From: Conidiobolus incongruus B7586
Lineage: Eukaryota
Assembly: GCA_000697335.1 (NCBI GenBank)
Contig: JNEM01010362.1
Span: 1-62,348, forward strand
Direction of reading: 5' to 3'
Length of the DNA stretch: 62,348 nt
Shown here in pieces: positions 26,734-40,016 of this stretch. Every line of letters starts with the position of its first letter. Within the stretch, counting starts at the first letter, position 1. Under the pieces are notes generated by a model. It worked only from the letters and a program-made list of their open reading frames with translations. It made no database searches and was not told the origin of the DNA. The position numbers and the translations under genes are program-made.

Positions 26734-27985
26734 ATGATTAGATCTATTATTTCAAGATCAATAAAGCAAATTGAACATATAAGACACTTTTCAAATTCAT
26801 CAGTTAAGTATGAAAAGTACAAAATTTGTTGGAACAAATTTGAAGATCCTAGCAATTGTAAAGGATACTTTATTAATGAAAAATTTCATTTAATATCTCC
26901 ATTTCACGATATCCCTATAAAATCAAAAGAGAATACCCATATTTTTAATATGGTGGTGGAAATTCCTAGATTTACGAACTTAAAATTAGAAGTAAACAAA
27001 TATTTTAAATAATATATTCATTATTAATAAACGTGTTGTTTTTAATAGATGAATAAAAACAACTTTTTAAACCCAATTCAACCTGATGTTAAAGAAGGGA
27101 AAATTAGAAGAGTCAAACCTTTCTTCCCATACTCTGGCTATCTTTGGAATTATGGATTTTTACCTCAAACTTGGGAAAGTCCTTTCGAAACTCATCCTAC
27201 TTTAAATGTCAAAGGTGATAATGACCCTATCGACGTATGTGAGATTGGATCAAAATTAGGACAAGTGGGTGAAGTCAAACAAGTGAAATTATTGGGTGGA
27301 TTAGCCATGTTAGATGAAGGTATTTACCTATGACTCGTATCATAATGAATTCTAATAATGAATTAGGCGAACTGGATTGGAAAGTTTTTGCTATTGATGT
27401 TAAAGATCCCCTTGCTCAAGTTCTTAATGGTAAATTTAATATACATCAATACACCTATAACAATATATTTAATTATTGTTGATTAGATATTCAAGATATT
27501 GAACAACACTTACCAGATTTAATTCCTCATACTATTTATTGGTTCAAAAACTATAAGAAAGCTGATGGTAAACCTGAAAATCAGTTTGCATTTAATTCTC
27601 AGCCCAAGTCCAAAGTAATTAAATGATTGTATTTAATATCTGATTCGATAACTTATGATTGATTTTATAGGATGAAATCATAAATATCGTTGATGAAACT
27701 CATAATTATTGGAAAAAATTATTGAATTCCAATGATCAGTCCATGCAAACTAAAATCAGCAAAAACTTTAATACTGATTTATCATTAATTTTATCCCAAG
27801 GAGGTGATTTCCATAAAGCCCACCAAATTCTTCAAAATGACCCTCATTTAAATCGACTCATGAACACTCTCAATCTCACTTCAAATAAACTCAAATTAGA
27901 ATTAGGTAACTACAGATTATGCATTATTTAAAAAGATTGCTAATGATTTTATTTAGATGAATTAGATTTGAATTATATTAAATAA
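26734..27985 (+). CDS. PPA2: Inorganic pyrophosphatase, probably mitochondrial, multi-exon
   Basis: Arg/Ser-rich presequence; [54 protein letters not shown]. Confidence 0.9.
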
Positions 27986-27991
27986 TAATTA

Positions 27992-29041
27992 TTAATCCAA
28001 ATCCAGATTCCAGTAATTCTCAGGTGTAGTTGGTCGAGGGTGCGATTTCCGATGTCTTGAAACATAATTTACTCTTTGCTTTAAGAAATTCTCCTGCAGC
28101 GTCCCTTTATCCATCACCTCGTTAAACTACAATGGGTTATTAATAAAATAAACTTACAATAATTATAATTGAGTTACTTTTTGGCAGCAAACACAATCTA
28201 CACCCTGAATATGATTTCTTTTATTTCCGAGTCTAGCTGTCTCCTGATAGACATAGCTGGGTTTTCTACAAAGTTTGATTAATTTGGTTAATCAAAAATT
28301 AAGCATCCATTATTACTCTTGACTGAGTTTAATATTTGAATAAAACAATTTTTTAGGTTCTATTCAAACGAATTAGTATTGATATTCGATATTTAACTAT
28401 AGTGATTTAATTACTCGTTTTAGGAATTTTTAAGCCTAAATGATAAAATCCACTCTCAATCAATACTGAATTGAATAAAAATATATAATTAATCAATTAC
28501 TTGATTTAGTGGATGATAAACGCTTTCCTTGATTATTAAAAGATTTGACTGGAGTTTTTTCAGAGTCGCTCATGCTCAATTTATCTAACATTGAAACTTT
28601 GATATAAATATCAAATTAATTGATTTTGATAATTTTAAGTTTACCTATTGGTACTTCTGATAAACTAATATCATGAGCAAAAAACTCTAATTCTGCGGAT
28701 TTGGAAGTTTGAAGTTTTGGTTGAATACTAAATATAAAAATTATATATCAATTAGTATACTATTATTAATTATTAGTAAATATTACTTATTTTGATCAAT
28801 ATCAATTAAATTTTTTATTTTAGTTTTAATACTTTCAATCGTAAATTGAATATTTTGACTAAAATAAAAAATTATTATTATCATTATTAAAAGTTTTATT
28901 ATGGTAATTATATATTAAATACTTGGAATTTAAATTAATAGGTGATAAGTTAAGCATTTCGCTTATGGATTCAATTCCTTCTCTTAATATTTGGTTGCTT
29001 AATTCGAGTTCTGTTTCACGAGCAGAAGTTGTTAAATTCAT
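27992..29041 (-). CDS. CtIP/Ctp1/Sae2-family DNA end-resection protein, multi-exon
   Basis: Last exons encode YVYQETAR...IQGVDCVCCQK and VSRHRKSHPRPTTPENYWNLDLD (CxxC, RHR and TP-x-W signature); internal exons not fully resolved. Confidence 0.8.
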
Positions 29042-29352
29042 ACTATAGAAATTTAAGAATATTTAAAAAATATATTAAGTAGTGGTTAATTACCTAAAAT
29101 TACAATATAAATAACTAAAAAGATGATATTTGATTAAACTAAAATTGAATTAAAATTATGATAATATAGTCATAAATATATACACAAACGAATTAAACCG
29201 ATGATTATTCTATTACTAATGAATTGTTGAATTATTAATCAAATGCACAAGAACACGTTGAATTTAAACTGTTTCATAATACCACTTATTATGGGATAAT
29301 TGATTGAATAGATAAAATTTGATTTAATAAAATAATCTAATATATATATATA

Positions 29353-31179
29353 TATTGATTGTTTTCCTAACTTCATTCACATCCAAATAAGGAAGTGGAG
29401 AACCAAAATGACGAATTGCAATGAGTTAACGTGATCACTTTTCAGAAATATCATGATACTGTGTCAACCAATTAATATACAGTATCATAATGTAAGATCT
29501 TTTAATCTGAAAAGTTATCAAATTGTACTTTAAAATATAATCAAAATTATTGAAGGTTAGTAAATTTTATTTATTTATATTATATAAGTAGTTTAAAATT
29601 TTTTAAGAATTGTTTTTTAACTTAACTACTCTAGTAACTTAAGGTAGTTAGATAATTAAGTGGTGAGATTACTGATAAGTTGTTAATACTCACTAATACA
29701 CTTTAGCAAGAGTGTTTAAGAAAAGATTAGTTGATATTACATCCAACAAGAATTTTGTTGCAAACTTATAGTTTAAACTTAACTAAGTAAACCATTTATA
29801 AATTAGTGATATAGATATAAGATAAATAATAATATAGCTTTGATAACTATAATAATATATTGTTATTTATAGTTATTAAAGTAATTTTTATTTTGTATTT
29901 ATAGAATTTAGTTAAATAATAATATTAACATAGGGTATTATTTTCAATTTTATCAGTTTTTTTATTCAAATATATTAATATTTTAATCTTTAAATATATA
30001 ACAACCTTTATATTTGTAAACAAGTTCCCATCTTTTAATTTAACCATATGTCCCTTTTTTATAGAAATTTTCTTTTATTATTTTATTAAATTTTAAGAAT
30101 TCAGCTTCTATTTGTTTAAGTTTTTGAAAAACTTTATTTTTTAAAAACCTTTTAATATGTTTAAAAAAAATAATCCCTAGGTGTAAGTTTAAAAGAGTAT
30201 ACTAGATGTGGTAATAGTTTGAATCAATTATAATCTAAAGTATATAAGGTTTTAACTATTGTATGTGGTATTATATTGTTATGATGATGATATACTAAAA
30301 TAAGAGTTTGTGTACTATTTAAGCCTTTACTTAAAAATACTCTAGTTTTTGTTTTTTTTAATACTTTATATAACCTTTAGATTTCCTTAAAATAATATTC
30401 TCTATTTATCTTTTTTTTATTTTTAAATTTATATTATATTATATTTTTTTAATCTTATTATATAGTTAACATTATTTTTTTTATATATATTTGTTTTTGC
30501 ATAACTTTTAACTTTTGTTCTTTAGTTACCTAATAATATTTATAAACTATATTATCAAATATTATCTATCTTTAATTAATAGTAATAAAGTTTTTTAAGT
30601 AATTTAAGTCTTTTTGTAAATTTTATAAATGAGAAGTATATGCTAACTTATCTAACTTGTTAAATATTGTTAATTCACAAAGTATCTAATTTGATACTTT
30701 TTATACTTTATTAATTTTTTAATTGTTTTGATAATTGACTAAAATTTATATTTAATACCTTAAAAATTCCTTTAAATTTCAATTAATATGAGTTTCTACA
30801 GTATCTAATATTTTTTTATTAGATACTTTTATTTTTCTATATGTGTGTGGTTTATCTTTAGTATAATAATCACTTTTTTGAAAATACACAAAGTATTTTT
30901 AACAAAATCTAAGAGTAATAATACCTTCACTATATACTTGGTTAATAATTTTACATGACTCAGATGGTTTATATGCTTGATTAAAATGAAATAACATAAT
31001 ATTAGTTAAAAGATTATTATTAGGCTTTGGTAGTACCATTGTGAAAAAGTATATATTTAAAAAGTAAAATTAGATTTTATATTTAATTTATATTAATTTT
31101 AGCAATTTTAGCTGCCTTTTAATGTTGGTTTTAAATTAATTCCACCAAATTGCAAATGTAATTAGGAAAACAATTAATA
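29353..31179 (-). mobile_element. Decayed mariner (DD34D) family B with a long 3' region
   Basis: About 29-bp TA-flanked TIRs TATTRATTGTTTTCCTAA; relic ORF from ATG 31039 (IMLFHF...INQVYSEG HTH), HHHNNIIPH-x-LLPHLVYSFKLTPRDY with 34-residue spacing, FYKKG...KRWELV...GCY ending near 29982. Confidence 0.85.
29681..29930. mobile_element. Possible solo LTR nested in mariner B
   Basis: TGTTAATA...TATTAACA inverted termini; flanks TAAGT/TAGGG match only partly. Confidence 0.35.
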
Positions 31180-31404
31180 TATGATTATATTTTTTTATCA
31201 ATAAGCAATTGTCAAAATTTTTAAATAATAATCACAGAATATTATTTGGATGACTCATATCTGAAAATATAAATTCAACTCATATAGTAATCATCATATT
31301 AATAATGATATCATTTAAAAATTGAAATATAATATCAAAACAAAAAATATGAAAATTGATGTATAACATTATAATATCTATATATTATTAAATATCATAT
31401 CTAT

Positions 31405-32339
31405 TTAACGACCACTCTTCTTGCTCGACCTGTGTTTAGTAGCCAAACCTCTCTTCTTCATCTTTTCCTTTAGTTGAGCTTTCTTTCTTTCAGCTTTTGA
31501 TTCGTATCTAAACCTCTTGGGCTTGGATTTAATTCTAAATATTCAATGTATTAATAAAATAGTGATAAATGATTGGAAAAGATAATACTTGAGATTGGAT
31601 GTATCTTCTTCCTCTCCTTCATTTTCTACTTCAGCTTGCTCCTTTTCGATATTACTCTAAAATGGTTATAAATTATTGAAAGGTATACCGAATCATTAAT
31701 TTAGCTGTTACCTTGACTTTGGCTTTGAGTTCCTTTAATAATTGAGCAGGAGTATCTTCATTCTCCTCATCTAAATCCTGAGTGACAACTGTGACAGTCG
31801 TAGAATCTTCTCCTGATCCGAACTTCATCTCTTCAACTTGGTTCTTTTCTTCCTTGTCATCATTTTCTTCTTCTTCGTTTTCGCTGTCAGAACCAAATTC
31901 TAAATTTATTTAATATTCAAAGCGTTAAATATATGAAATATGAAAAGTATTACGAGCAACAAAACTAGCTTGTTTTTCTCTAATTTGTTGTAAAATATGT
32001 TCTTTTCTCTATCAAAAATGAAATTAAAAATCGACTCGATAATTATAATTGAAATAATATACCATTTTACGTTCTTCAATTTTTTCTTGTCGTTCTTGCT
32101 CCTTAATTTTTTTAATAGCATGTTGTCTTCTCTCTTGTTTTCTTTTAGAGAAACCGGTCAAAAATTTACTAATTAAATTATATTAATAAAATTTATTTTA
32201 TGGATATGAAAATATAATACGCTCTAGCTTCTTCGTCAAATTTAACCTCTAAAATTTGTTCCTTCTTTTTCAATTTTTTCTTATCGTAAATTTTTTTACC
32301 CGAACTTAATAATGTACTATTATTCACTTTAGGGCTCAT
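31405..32339 (-). CDS. RRP17: rRNA processing protein Rrp17/Nol12 (Nop25 family), multi-exon
   Basis: EVKFDEEARA|KFLTGFSKRKQERR; TTVTVVT; KPKRFRYESKAERK. Confidence 0.9.
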
Positions 32340-32781
32340 TGTATTATTATTATAATTATTATTCAATTTTAATAAATATTGATTCACTTCACCTTTTATC
32401 TAATTTATGTATGGAAATCAATATAAAATTTTATGGGATTGAATTTATTACACCATTTCATTTCAAAAATTTTTAAATTTATTTATCAATTAAAATAATT
32501 TTTAAAAACTTAGTAAAAATAAAATTACCAAATAATGATAAGTTTTTAACTTATAACCTTTCTATTTATATATTTTAAAATATAAAAAAAACTTTAATGA
32601 TTTTATATATTAACTTTAACTAACTTTAATCATTGACTAAAGTATCGATCAATATAAAGTTGGTTAATCAAATTAGGTATACTTTTACTAACATAAATTA
32701 ACTTAATATTAAATTACTAATATAATGAATAATACAAAGCAAAATGTAATGTAAACAAGGACTAATATACTTTTTTTTATT

Positions 32782-33135
32782 TTAATAGTAATAACTAGTT
32801 AAATTTTCGATTTCATTCTCTTTAATATTAATTAAATTTCTCAAGTATTGAGCTTCCTGCCTTAAGTCGTGTAACTCATCATTTAGTTCCAAGTTTTGAT
32901 TCCTTAAATAAAGGTTCATATCCCTCAATTTGATTAATTTTAAATATTCCTTCGTCTTCGTTTTCATGACTAGTAAATTGGATGAACTTTCATCAATGTC
33001 TAATTCTTTGAACTGAATTAATGAACTCTTCTTCTTGTTAAATTGATTTAAATGCGTTTTTAAATTGATGGTATTGAATAGAGAATTGCTGAATAATAAA
33101 TTGGTTTTGGAACTGTTGGGAGAATTGATGATCAT
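32782..33135 (-). CDS. Hypothetical 117-aa coiled-coil protein
   Basis: ATG-initiated open frame with C-terminal heptads (LRNQNLELNDELHDLRQEAQYL); no family recognised. Confidence 0.5.
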   Translation of the reverse strand: MIINSPNSSKTNLLFSNSLFNTINLKTHLNQFNKKKSSLIQFKELDIDESSSNLLVMKTKTKEYLKLIKLRDMNLYLRNQNLELNDELHDLRQEAQYLRNLINIKENEIENLTSYYY

Positions 33136-33458
33136 TAAACGATTGAAATATTATACAAGAGAAAGAATAGTGAGTAATTATACATAAATTTAAGGCAGAT
33201 AAAAGTCATTTAATGGAGAGTATGACATCTGTTTAAATAGTTTAGGGATAGACACTAAATTATTTAGTAACTTTTATTTGGGGTAAATTTAACGAACTCG
33301 AAACAAATTCTCCATATCATTAAACAGTTTAAAAATTAATTCTAATTTCAAATTAAAAACTTTAAATAATCCCATAATCAATGAATTGAATATCAAATTT
33401 TATTTAACTACCCTAAATTAGGTCATACTAAATTCAAAAATCATGAAAAAGTAAAATA

Positions 33459-34117
33459 ATGAATCAATCTAATAATCCTAACCCTTCAGATAATCCAAGT
33501 TTGAACTCTAATTCAACTCTTATTAACACAGCTTCAGCAGAACCCAAGAATGTGAATAATTCGGAGGACTTGTTTGTCAAACCTTCAGCTCAAGCTAAAC
33601 TTGCTACTGCTTCCACCTCCAATGAGATTCAAAGCTCTACAACTTTGAATCCTCCCATATTAAACGAAATTGAAGAAAAACCACCCGAACGTACCCTCTC
33701 AGAATTTTTAATGATGATGGACCAATATACTCCTATTATTCCAGATGCCGTAACTGACTTTTATTTATCTAAAGCCGGTTTCGAATGTGAAGATTATAGA
33801 ATGTAAATAATTGTGTTTAATTAATTAGCTTATATCAATTAATGATGTTTTATAGTAAGAGGTTATTAGCTTTAGCAACTCAAAAGTTTATTGGGGATAT
33901 TGCAACGGACGCTTTCCAATATTCTAAAATACGTCAACAGATGGATAAGAATAAAAAATTATCAAAGGTAAGATTTTTTAATAATATTTATAAATGTCAA
34001 ACTAATATATTAATTTTCTCTATTCAGAATAAGAAAACGGTATTAACCATGCAAGATTTATCTTTGAGTTTGAGGGAATATGGTGTGAATATTAAGAAAC
34101 CTGATTATTATTTGTAA
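33459..34117 (+). CDS. TAF10: TFIID/SAGA subunit Taf10, 3 exons
   Basis: MDQYTPIIPDAVTDFYLSKAGF, KRLLALATQKFIGDIATDAFQY, VLTMQDL..LREYGVNIKKPDYY. Confidence 0.96.
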
Positions 34118-34690
34118 TTTATTATTATTATCATTTTTAATAAAAATATCTCTATACTTCATTATTTTAATATGTTTTGAATATTTTTAAAACATCATCT
34201 ATTTTATAACTGTTAATTTATTTTTAACATATCTCATTTTAATTAAAATTATAAATTATTAGATTCCATTAAGATTACTTAATTGTTTGAATGATATATT
34301 ACTATATATATATAATTAAATAATGATATTGCATGATTCAACCTATATTCTAGATTTAGCAATAATATTTTATACAAATCATATTTGAATAACCCTGAAA
34401 CCATGATTTAATTATGTTATGACATATTTAAAGCTCATGTTCTGAAGTTATCCCGATATTGTTAAAATTCTATATATCAAATACGTTCAAGAGTTATTCA
34501 TACATAATATTTTAGTGAAAGTGAATTTTTATTAATTTGTTCAATGTTAAAAAGTTGTTCATTGCCATCGATCTAAAATAATCCTGCATTAATAACATTG
34601 AACTGGTAGTTAGAATACAATCAATCAGAATCAATCATCGGATTGAGGTAATTAATATGGCATTGGCTATTTGAATAAGCCTTGGGAGTT

Positions 34691-35737
34691 TCATGAATGA
34701 TGTTCTCCGTTCTTAGGACCATTGGGAGGCTGAGACTGGTGTTGGGCCAAATTCTCCAATATTTGATTACCTTGCAAATGAATCTTAGTAATCACGATCA
34801 ATCTCAATAATCTTGCAGAATACAGTTTGTAGGGCACAAGCTTCTTAAATATTTTAATAAATTCAGGAGATTCAATAATGCTGTAGGGAATGTTGTTATT
34901 GAGAAAGAGGTCGACAATATCCTGTTCAAAGTCTGACTGGGGATAATTTAATGATGCACTTGCCAAATCGTTCTGTGGAGGTTGTGATATTTGTGCAATT
35001 GGGGGATTGATATTGGGTGCAGGCGGATATACTTGCTGCTGGAATCGTGGTTCCTCAACGGGCTGGGATTGCTTGTTAGGTATAGCTTGTTCCACTGTAT
35101 TAGCAGTCTCTGCAATATTCTGCGAGTGATGTTGATAGTATGAGGTATGATCTTGTGCGGTACCTGAGAGAGTCATGTCAACAGCCTCTTGTTGAGGTTC
35201 GTAAGTAGGCATGAGTGATTGCGTTCTATTATCTACATTACTCCTTTGGCCTAATAATGTGGGATCAGTAATGGTGGGATATTCGGTCTGCGAGATGGGA
35301 TGTTGCATCTTCTGCATTTCGTTTCCAAAGGTTACTTTGGGAGAGATAGTTACTTGGGCTTGCTGTTTCTGCTCGGGGTGCATATTCCAGTCTCCTAACC
35401 CTGTTACATTAGCAGTCGAATGCTCTAGTTGAGTATTTCGAGATGTAGGTAGAAGAAGAGAAGGGTTATTAAGTCCAGAAGTATGCTGGTTATTGGCCAA
35501 CTGAGTATTATTCTGTGTTACAGCCATATTTTGCGTGTTTGTAGCGTCCACTCCAGCTCCCTTTTCCTGATCTTGATGAAATTTAACATGTCTCAATAAC
35601 ATTGAAGTTCCACCATTTGTATATTTGTAAGCCCTGCCACAAACTTTACAAATAGCAGACTCACCTTCTGGGGTGAAGTAGGTCCAAGCGATCGAGTTCT
35701 TTTTATGCTGTCTTTTGGGGTTACTATATTGAGGCAT
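34691..35737 (-). CDS. BED zinc-finger protein with a Q/N/P-rich linker and an hAT transposase-like C-terminal segment
   Basis: WTYF...CKVC...GTSMLLRHVKFH (BED); IVDLFLNNNIPYSIIESPEFIKIFKKLVPYKLYS; uninterrupted 348-aa ORF. Confidence 0.85.
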   Translation of the reverse strand: MPQYSNPKRQHKKNSIAWTYFTPEGESAICKVCGRAYKYTNGGTSMLLRHVKFHQDQEKGAGVDATNTQNMAVTQNNTQLANNQHTSGLNNPSLLLPTSRNTQLEHSTANVTGLGDWNMHPEQKQQAQVTISPKVTFGNEMQKMQHPISQTEYPTITDPTLLGQRSNVDNRTQSLMPTYEPQQEAVDMTLSGTAQDHTSYYQHHSQNIAETANTVEQAIPNKQSQPVEEPRFQQQVYPPAPNINPPIAQISQPPQNDLASASLNYPQSDFEQDIVDLFLNNNIPYSIIESPEFIKIFKKLVPYKLYSARLLRLIVITKIHLQGNQILENLAQHQSQPPNGPKNGEHHS

Positions 35738-38700
35738 TTATCTAACTAAAATATTCATTAATCAAAATGAAATATCAACAAACTTCAAGTACTTGCAATT
35801 TGGTTTGAGCAAAAACAAAAGTAACTCAATATAAAATCAATTCACAGATATTTGATTATTTGAATTCTAACAAAATTCTAGTTCTCATCTTCACTTATTA
35901 GGCAAACTAATTGGAATTCCGCCAATCATGGATCACCTCTTTTTCCAGTTGAAATTGAATTTGACGAATGATTTTTGAGAATCTATTGATTATAATTTCA
36001 ATTACTTGATCAATTTCACTCATTCATTTCCAATCATTTATAATAACTTTTTAATATCAGTTATAGTGATGTTTTATATTTCGAGACTTTGCTTTGTAAT
36101 ACAAATAACCTATTATAGTTTATTTATATATCACAATATGTAATACCATGAGAAAAACTTTGCATCATATTAAATTCGGATTTATATTTATAAATTTCAA
36201 TTTTGTACATGTAGAATTATACAATGCATAATAAACCTCAACTATTATCATTAAATTTATACTTAAAAATTCAGTATAAGTATTATTGACAACATATTTA
36301 AATAAAAATTAAATGAAAGAGTACAGTTTAGAAGATGCATTAGAATAAAAATATATATGATGAAATAACAAATAAAACTATAAAATACTTCAAATTAAGA
36401 TTAATAAATCTATGTAATTCCAATTATAAATATAAAGCTTAACAAAATCCATCAAAAATTAATTAAATTGAAATTTACCTCACAAACAATAATTTGATAT
36501 GCTATCTGTAAATGATGTTATAATCAGTAAATATTTTACTTACGAGCTTAGAGAGTAACATGCTTATTAAATTAGGATTATTATAGCATTTTTGTATATT
36601 GATATATAAATAGATATTAATGCAATACTATCACCGAATTTTCAATTTGATTAATTTTCAATCTACCGAAGCATACAATTAAGATAAAAAATGAAAATTT
36701 TAGAATGGTAAATTTATAAGATACCAAATATAATCTAATATATCAAACCTTATCCTTATGTGAACTCATTTAGTATTTTATATGATCTAAACAAGTATTT
36801 AAATATATTATATTTAACATAATCGAATTGAATTTTTGAAATTGGTGAATAATTCAAATCATAATAAGAAATTTTCAATTGGGTCATTTAAATAAATATT
36901 TAGGAATGGAGTGATCAATATTAGACTATAATGCCATACTAAGTGTGCTTGATATTTGCAAATATTAAATTATTAATGATTTATACTTGAATATTTGGTT
37001 GATATTGAAATGTAATGATAATATCAGATTGAAATTATGTTGTAATTGAACTGATTAGTCAATATGATAACTGATAATTGAGTGTCAAAATTATTTGATG
37101 GTAAATTTGAATTTATTTGAATTGAAATTTCAACAACTGCGACAATTTAAAGCATCAATTAAATTTGAATCTCCAAAGCTAAATAATTCCAAATCGTAAA
37201 TATTTAATAACTCAAGTATTCTATTATGCTTAAGAATGATATGGTTTTTAATTTGCTTTCATATTCAATCAATAAACACTATTTAGAGTATATTGTAACT
37301 ATGAATTATATTTTAACAAAATGAGCAGGTTCAAATATAATGAAAATAATTTTCTATATCCACGAGTGTAATGATTAAAATAGTTTTTCCTCATAAAAAG
37401 ATATTTTTAGATTATAAATTGTTTTAATAATTATCAAAAATAATTTGATATATATCATATCAATGTTAAATATAAATTGAAAAAAGATAATACTTGACTA
37501 TCACATTACTAGCATATTACTGTTAAATTACAATTTTCATCATTGTGTATTGAAATATATATTTATTTTAGAACGTCATTTTTATTAAACTGATTTTGAT
37601 AAATTGTTTTCAAACATTTACCCAATAATATTCAAATATTTACAAAATTTGTTTTGTTTCCTATTTTGTAAAGTAATTTTATTAATTAATTGATAAAAAT
37701 AGATTTGATAAGAATTTAGAATTGATGAATCAATTCATATCAAAATTATTTAGAATTATATATATATATATATATATGCTTGGTTGATATTGCATTATAA
37801 AACTATATTTACATTTACTCATCCAATTTTAGATATTATATTATTCAACTCTTCTCTTTGGATATTTATTTTAATTAGCAAAGTAATCTTATTTTTATTA
37901 GCCTAATTATATAATGCTAATACTAAGAAATATCGGTTATATTGATCCCATTTGTTGTGAGGAGTAATCAACGTTTAATAAGTGATTTTAGGCAAATTCA
38001 ATCATTTAAACAAAAAATTAATATTGATTAAAATTTAATATTGATAATATATTGGATCTTTTATGTTTAATTTAGAAAACCATATAACATACATTAGGAT
38101 TGAAAATGATTAATATTAATAAGGATATAATTTAGTATAAATTATTTATGGAATAAAGTTAATTGCATATTTTATATTAGCTATTATTTCAATTTTTTTT
38201 CGAAATTGATATATAAAATTAATCAAATTGATTTAAATTGGGATTAATTTGAAAAATTGTTAATATACATATCGTTATATTAAAATAATTGATTTGATAA
38301 ATAACTAAAATTAGTTGAAGGTTTTATTATTACTTTAATCACTTTACTTTGATCAATTTTGTTTTGAATATTGATGCTATAATTATAATAATTTATTATA
38401 AATTCAACAAAATTATAATATTTAATTTATTCAATTAATAAAATAAAATAAAAAAATCTTAGATAGTTATCTTTAATTCTATAATAATATTAAAAATAAT
38501 TCATTTTTACATCAAATATAATAATATATGGTCAAAGATTGTTAATATGTGACGATTTTTCCATTAATATAATTATTTTACACTCTACTGTCTTTTTCGT
38601 ATTAAAATCAATATAAAATATATTTAATAAAGATTTAAATAAATATCATAATTAAATATATTGAATATAAAAATTAAATAAATCAATTAGATTGTTGATT

Positions 38701-38871
38701 TATTTACTGTTTATTATATTAAAAAAATTTTTTTTCATAATTATTAAATTTTATAATATTAAGATTAGAATTAAATCCCATAATTTCAAACTTTCTAAAA
38801 TATCATTTTAAATTATCAATATATTGCAAGTCAACTAAAAAAACATAATCTCATTTTATATATCTAAGAAT

Positions 38872-39805
38872 ATGAATACGAATAAAAATATAGAAATTAG
38901 TTTATATGCTCAATTAAAACAACAAGACCACGAAAGGTTTATTAATTGCTTAAATAGTATTTGTGGTCAAGGGTATAAGAAATTTCAAGAATATGAAATG
39001 GGTTTAATGCCTTCAAGTAAAATATATTTTTATAAATTTTAAATTTTTTATCCTAATATTCTATTTAATAGTTCAAACACCTCCAGGTCCTGCTCGTAAT
39101 GACGATATTATGGTTAGATTGAGGGGTAATTTTGCTAAATTCGAATTTAAAACAATACAAAAATGGTAACTTAAATTTTATAATATCTCATTCAATCATT
39201 AATGAATTAATATTTAATTGAATATAGGCAATTACTGCACTTTGGAAAGCCTGAAGAAAGATTCAACCAGTTATACAATGTCAGAACAGTGACAGATTCT
39301 TTGTTAACTGGTAACGCTTTGGGGTTTTTAAATAATCTAGGGTTTATGTAATCATTATAAGAGATTGATATATCAATATAGGATTAATGTAATTGGTTTA
39401 GGGCAAGACATGAGTTCGTTAGAAAGGGAACTATCTATCATTACAACTACTCTTTAATTATCAAAGTATTCCAAATCTATAAAGTAAATTTTATGAATGA
39501 TATTATTATTTGAATTTATATTTAATTGTTTAACTTTAGTTTGCAAAAAGATTCGACTTAAAATCCATCAGTCCTTTGGATTCTGCTGAATCTTATGTTG
39601 TTGAAGTGAGCACACGAAGAGTTAGCCAAGATGAAGTTACAGCAGCAGGCCAGGAATTGTTAGATTTCAAAGAAAAGATGGAAGGGTAAATAATTTAAAT
39701 ATTGTATTTCGAATTTTTAAATTGAGTATAATTCATTTTAGAGTGATCAATCTGACTCCAATAGATCATAATATTTTAGCTCATAGTATCAGATATCAAC
39801 ATTAA
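38872..39805 (+). CDS. MED18: Mediator subunit Med18/Srb5, 6 exons (missed by the ORF track)
   Basis: EISLYAQ, W|QLLHFGKPE, NVRTV, FLNNLGF, EFVRKGTIY, YVVEV, ELLDFKEKMEG|VINL. Confidence 0.85.
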
Positions 39806-40016
39806 ATCTAAAATTATTCATTATTTAGATTGATCAAGTTATATCATATTGATTTAATAGCTTAATTATTAGATAACTATTTATAGGTTATATTCATTTA
39901 CAATGGTGCGGGAACTTGATAATAAAGTTAAATAATTTTTCAATAAATGTGGCTAATTGTAAAATATGCATTTTATATTATATTCGAATTTTGAAGGAAA
40001 AATGGTTTAATACATT

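Noticed and set aside
29450..29495. ATGA...AA stem-loop as a possible SECIS element
   Set aside because: The 3' arm pairs Watson-Crick rather than forming the GA quartet, and no selenoprotein ORF is nearby
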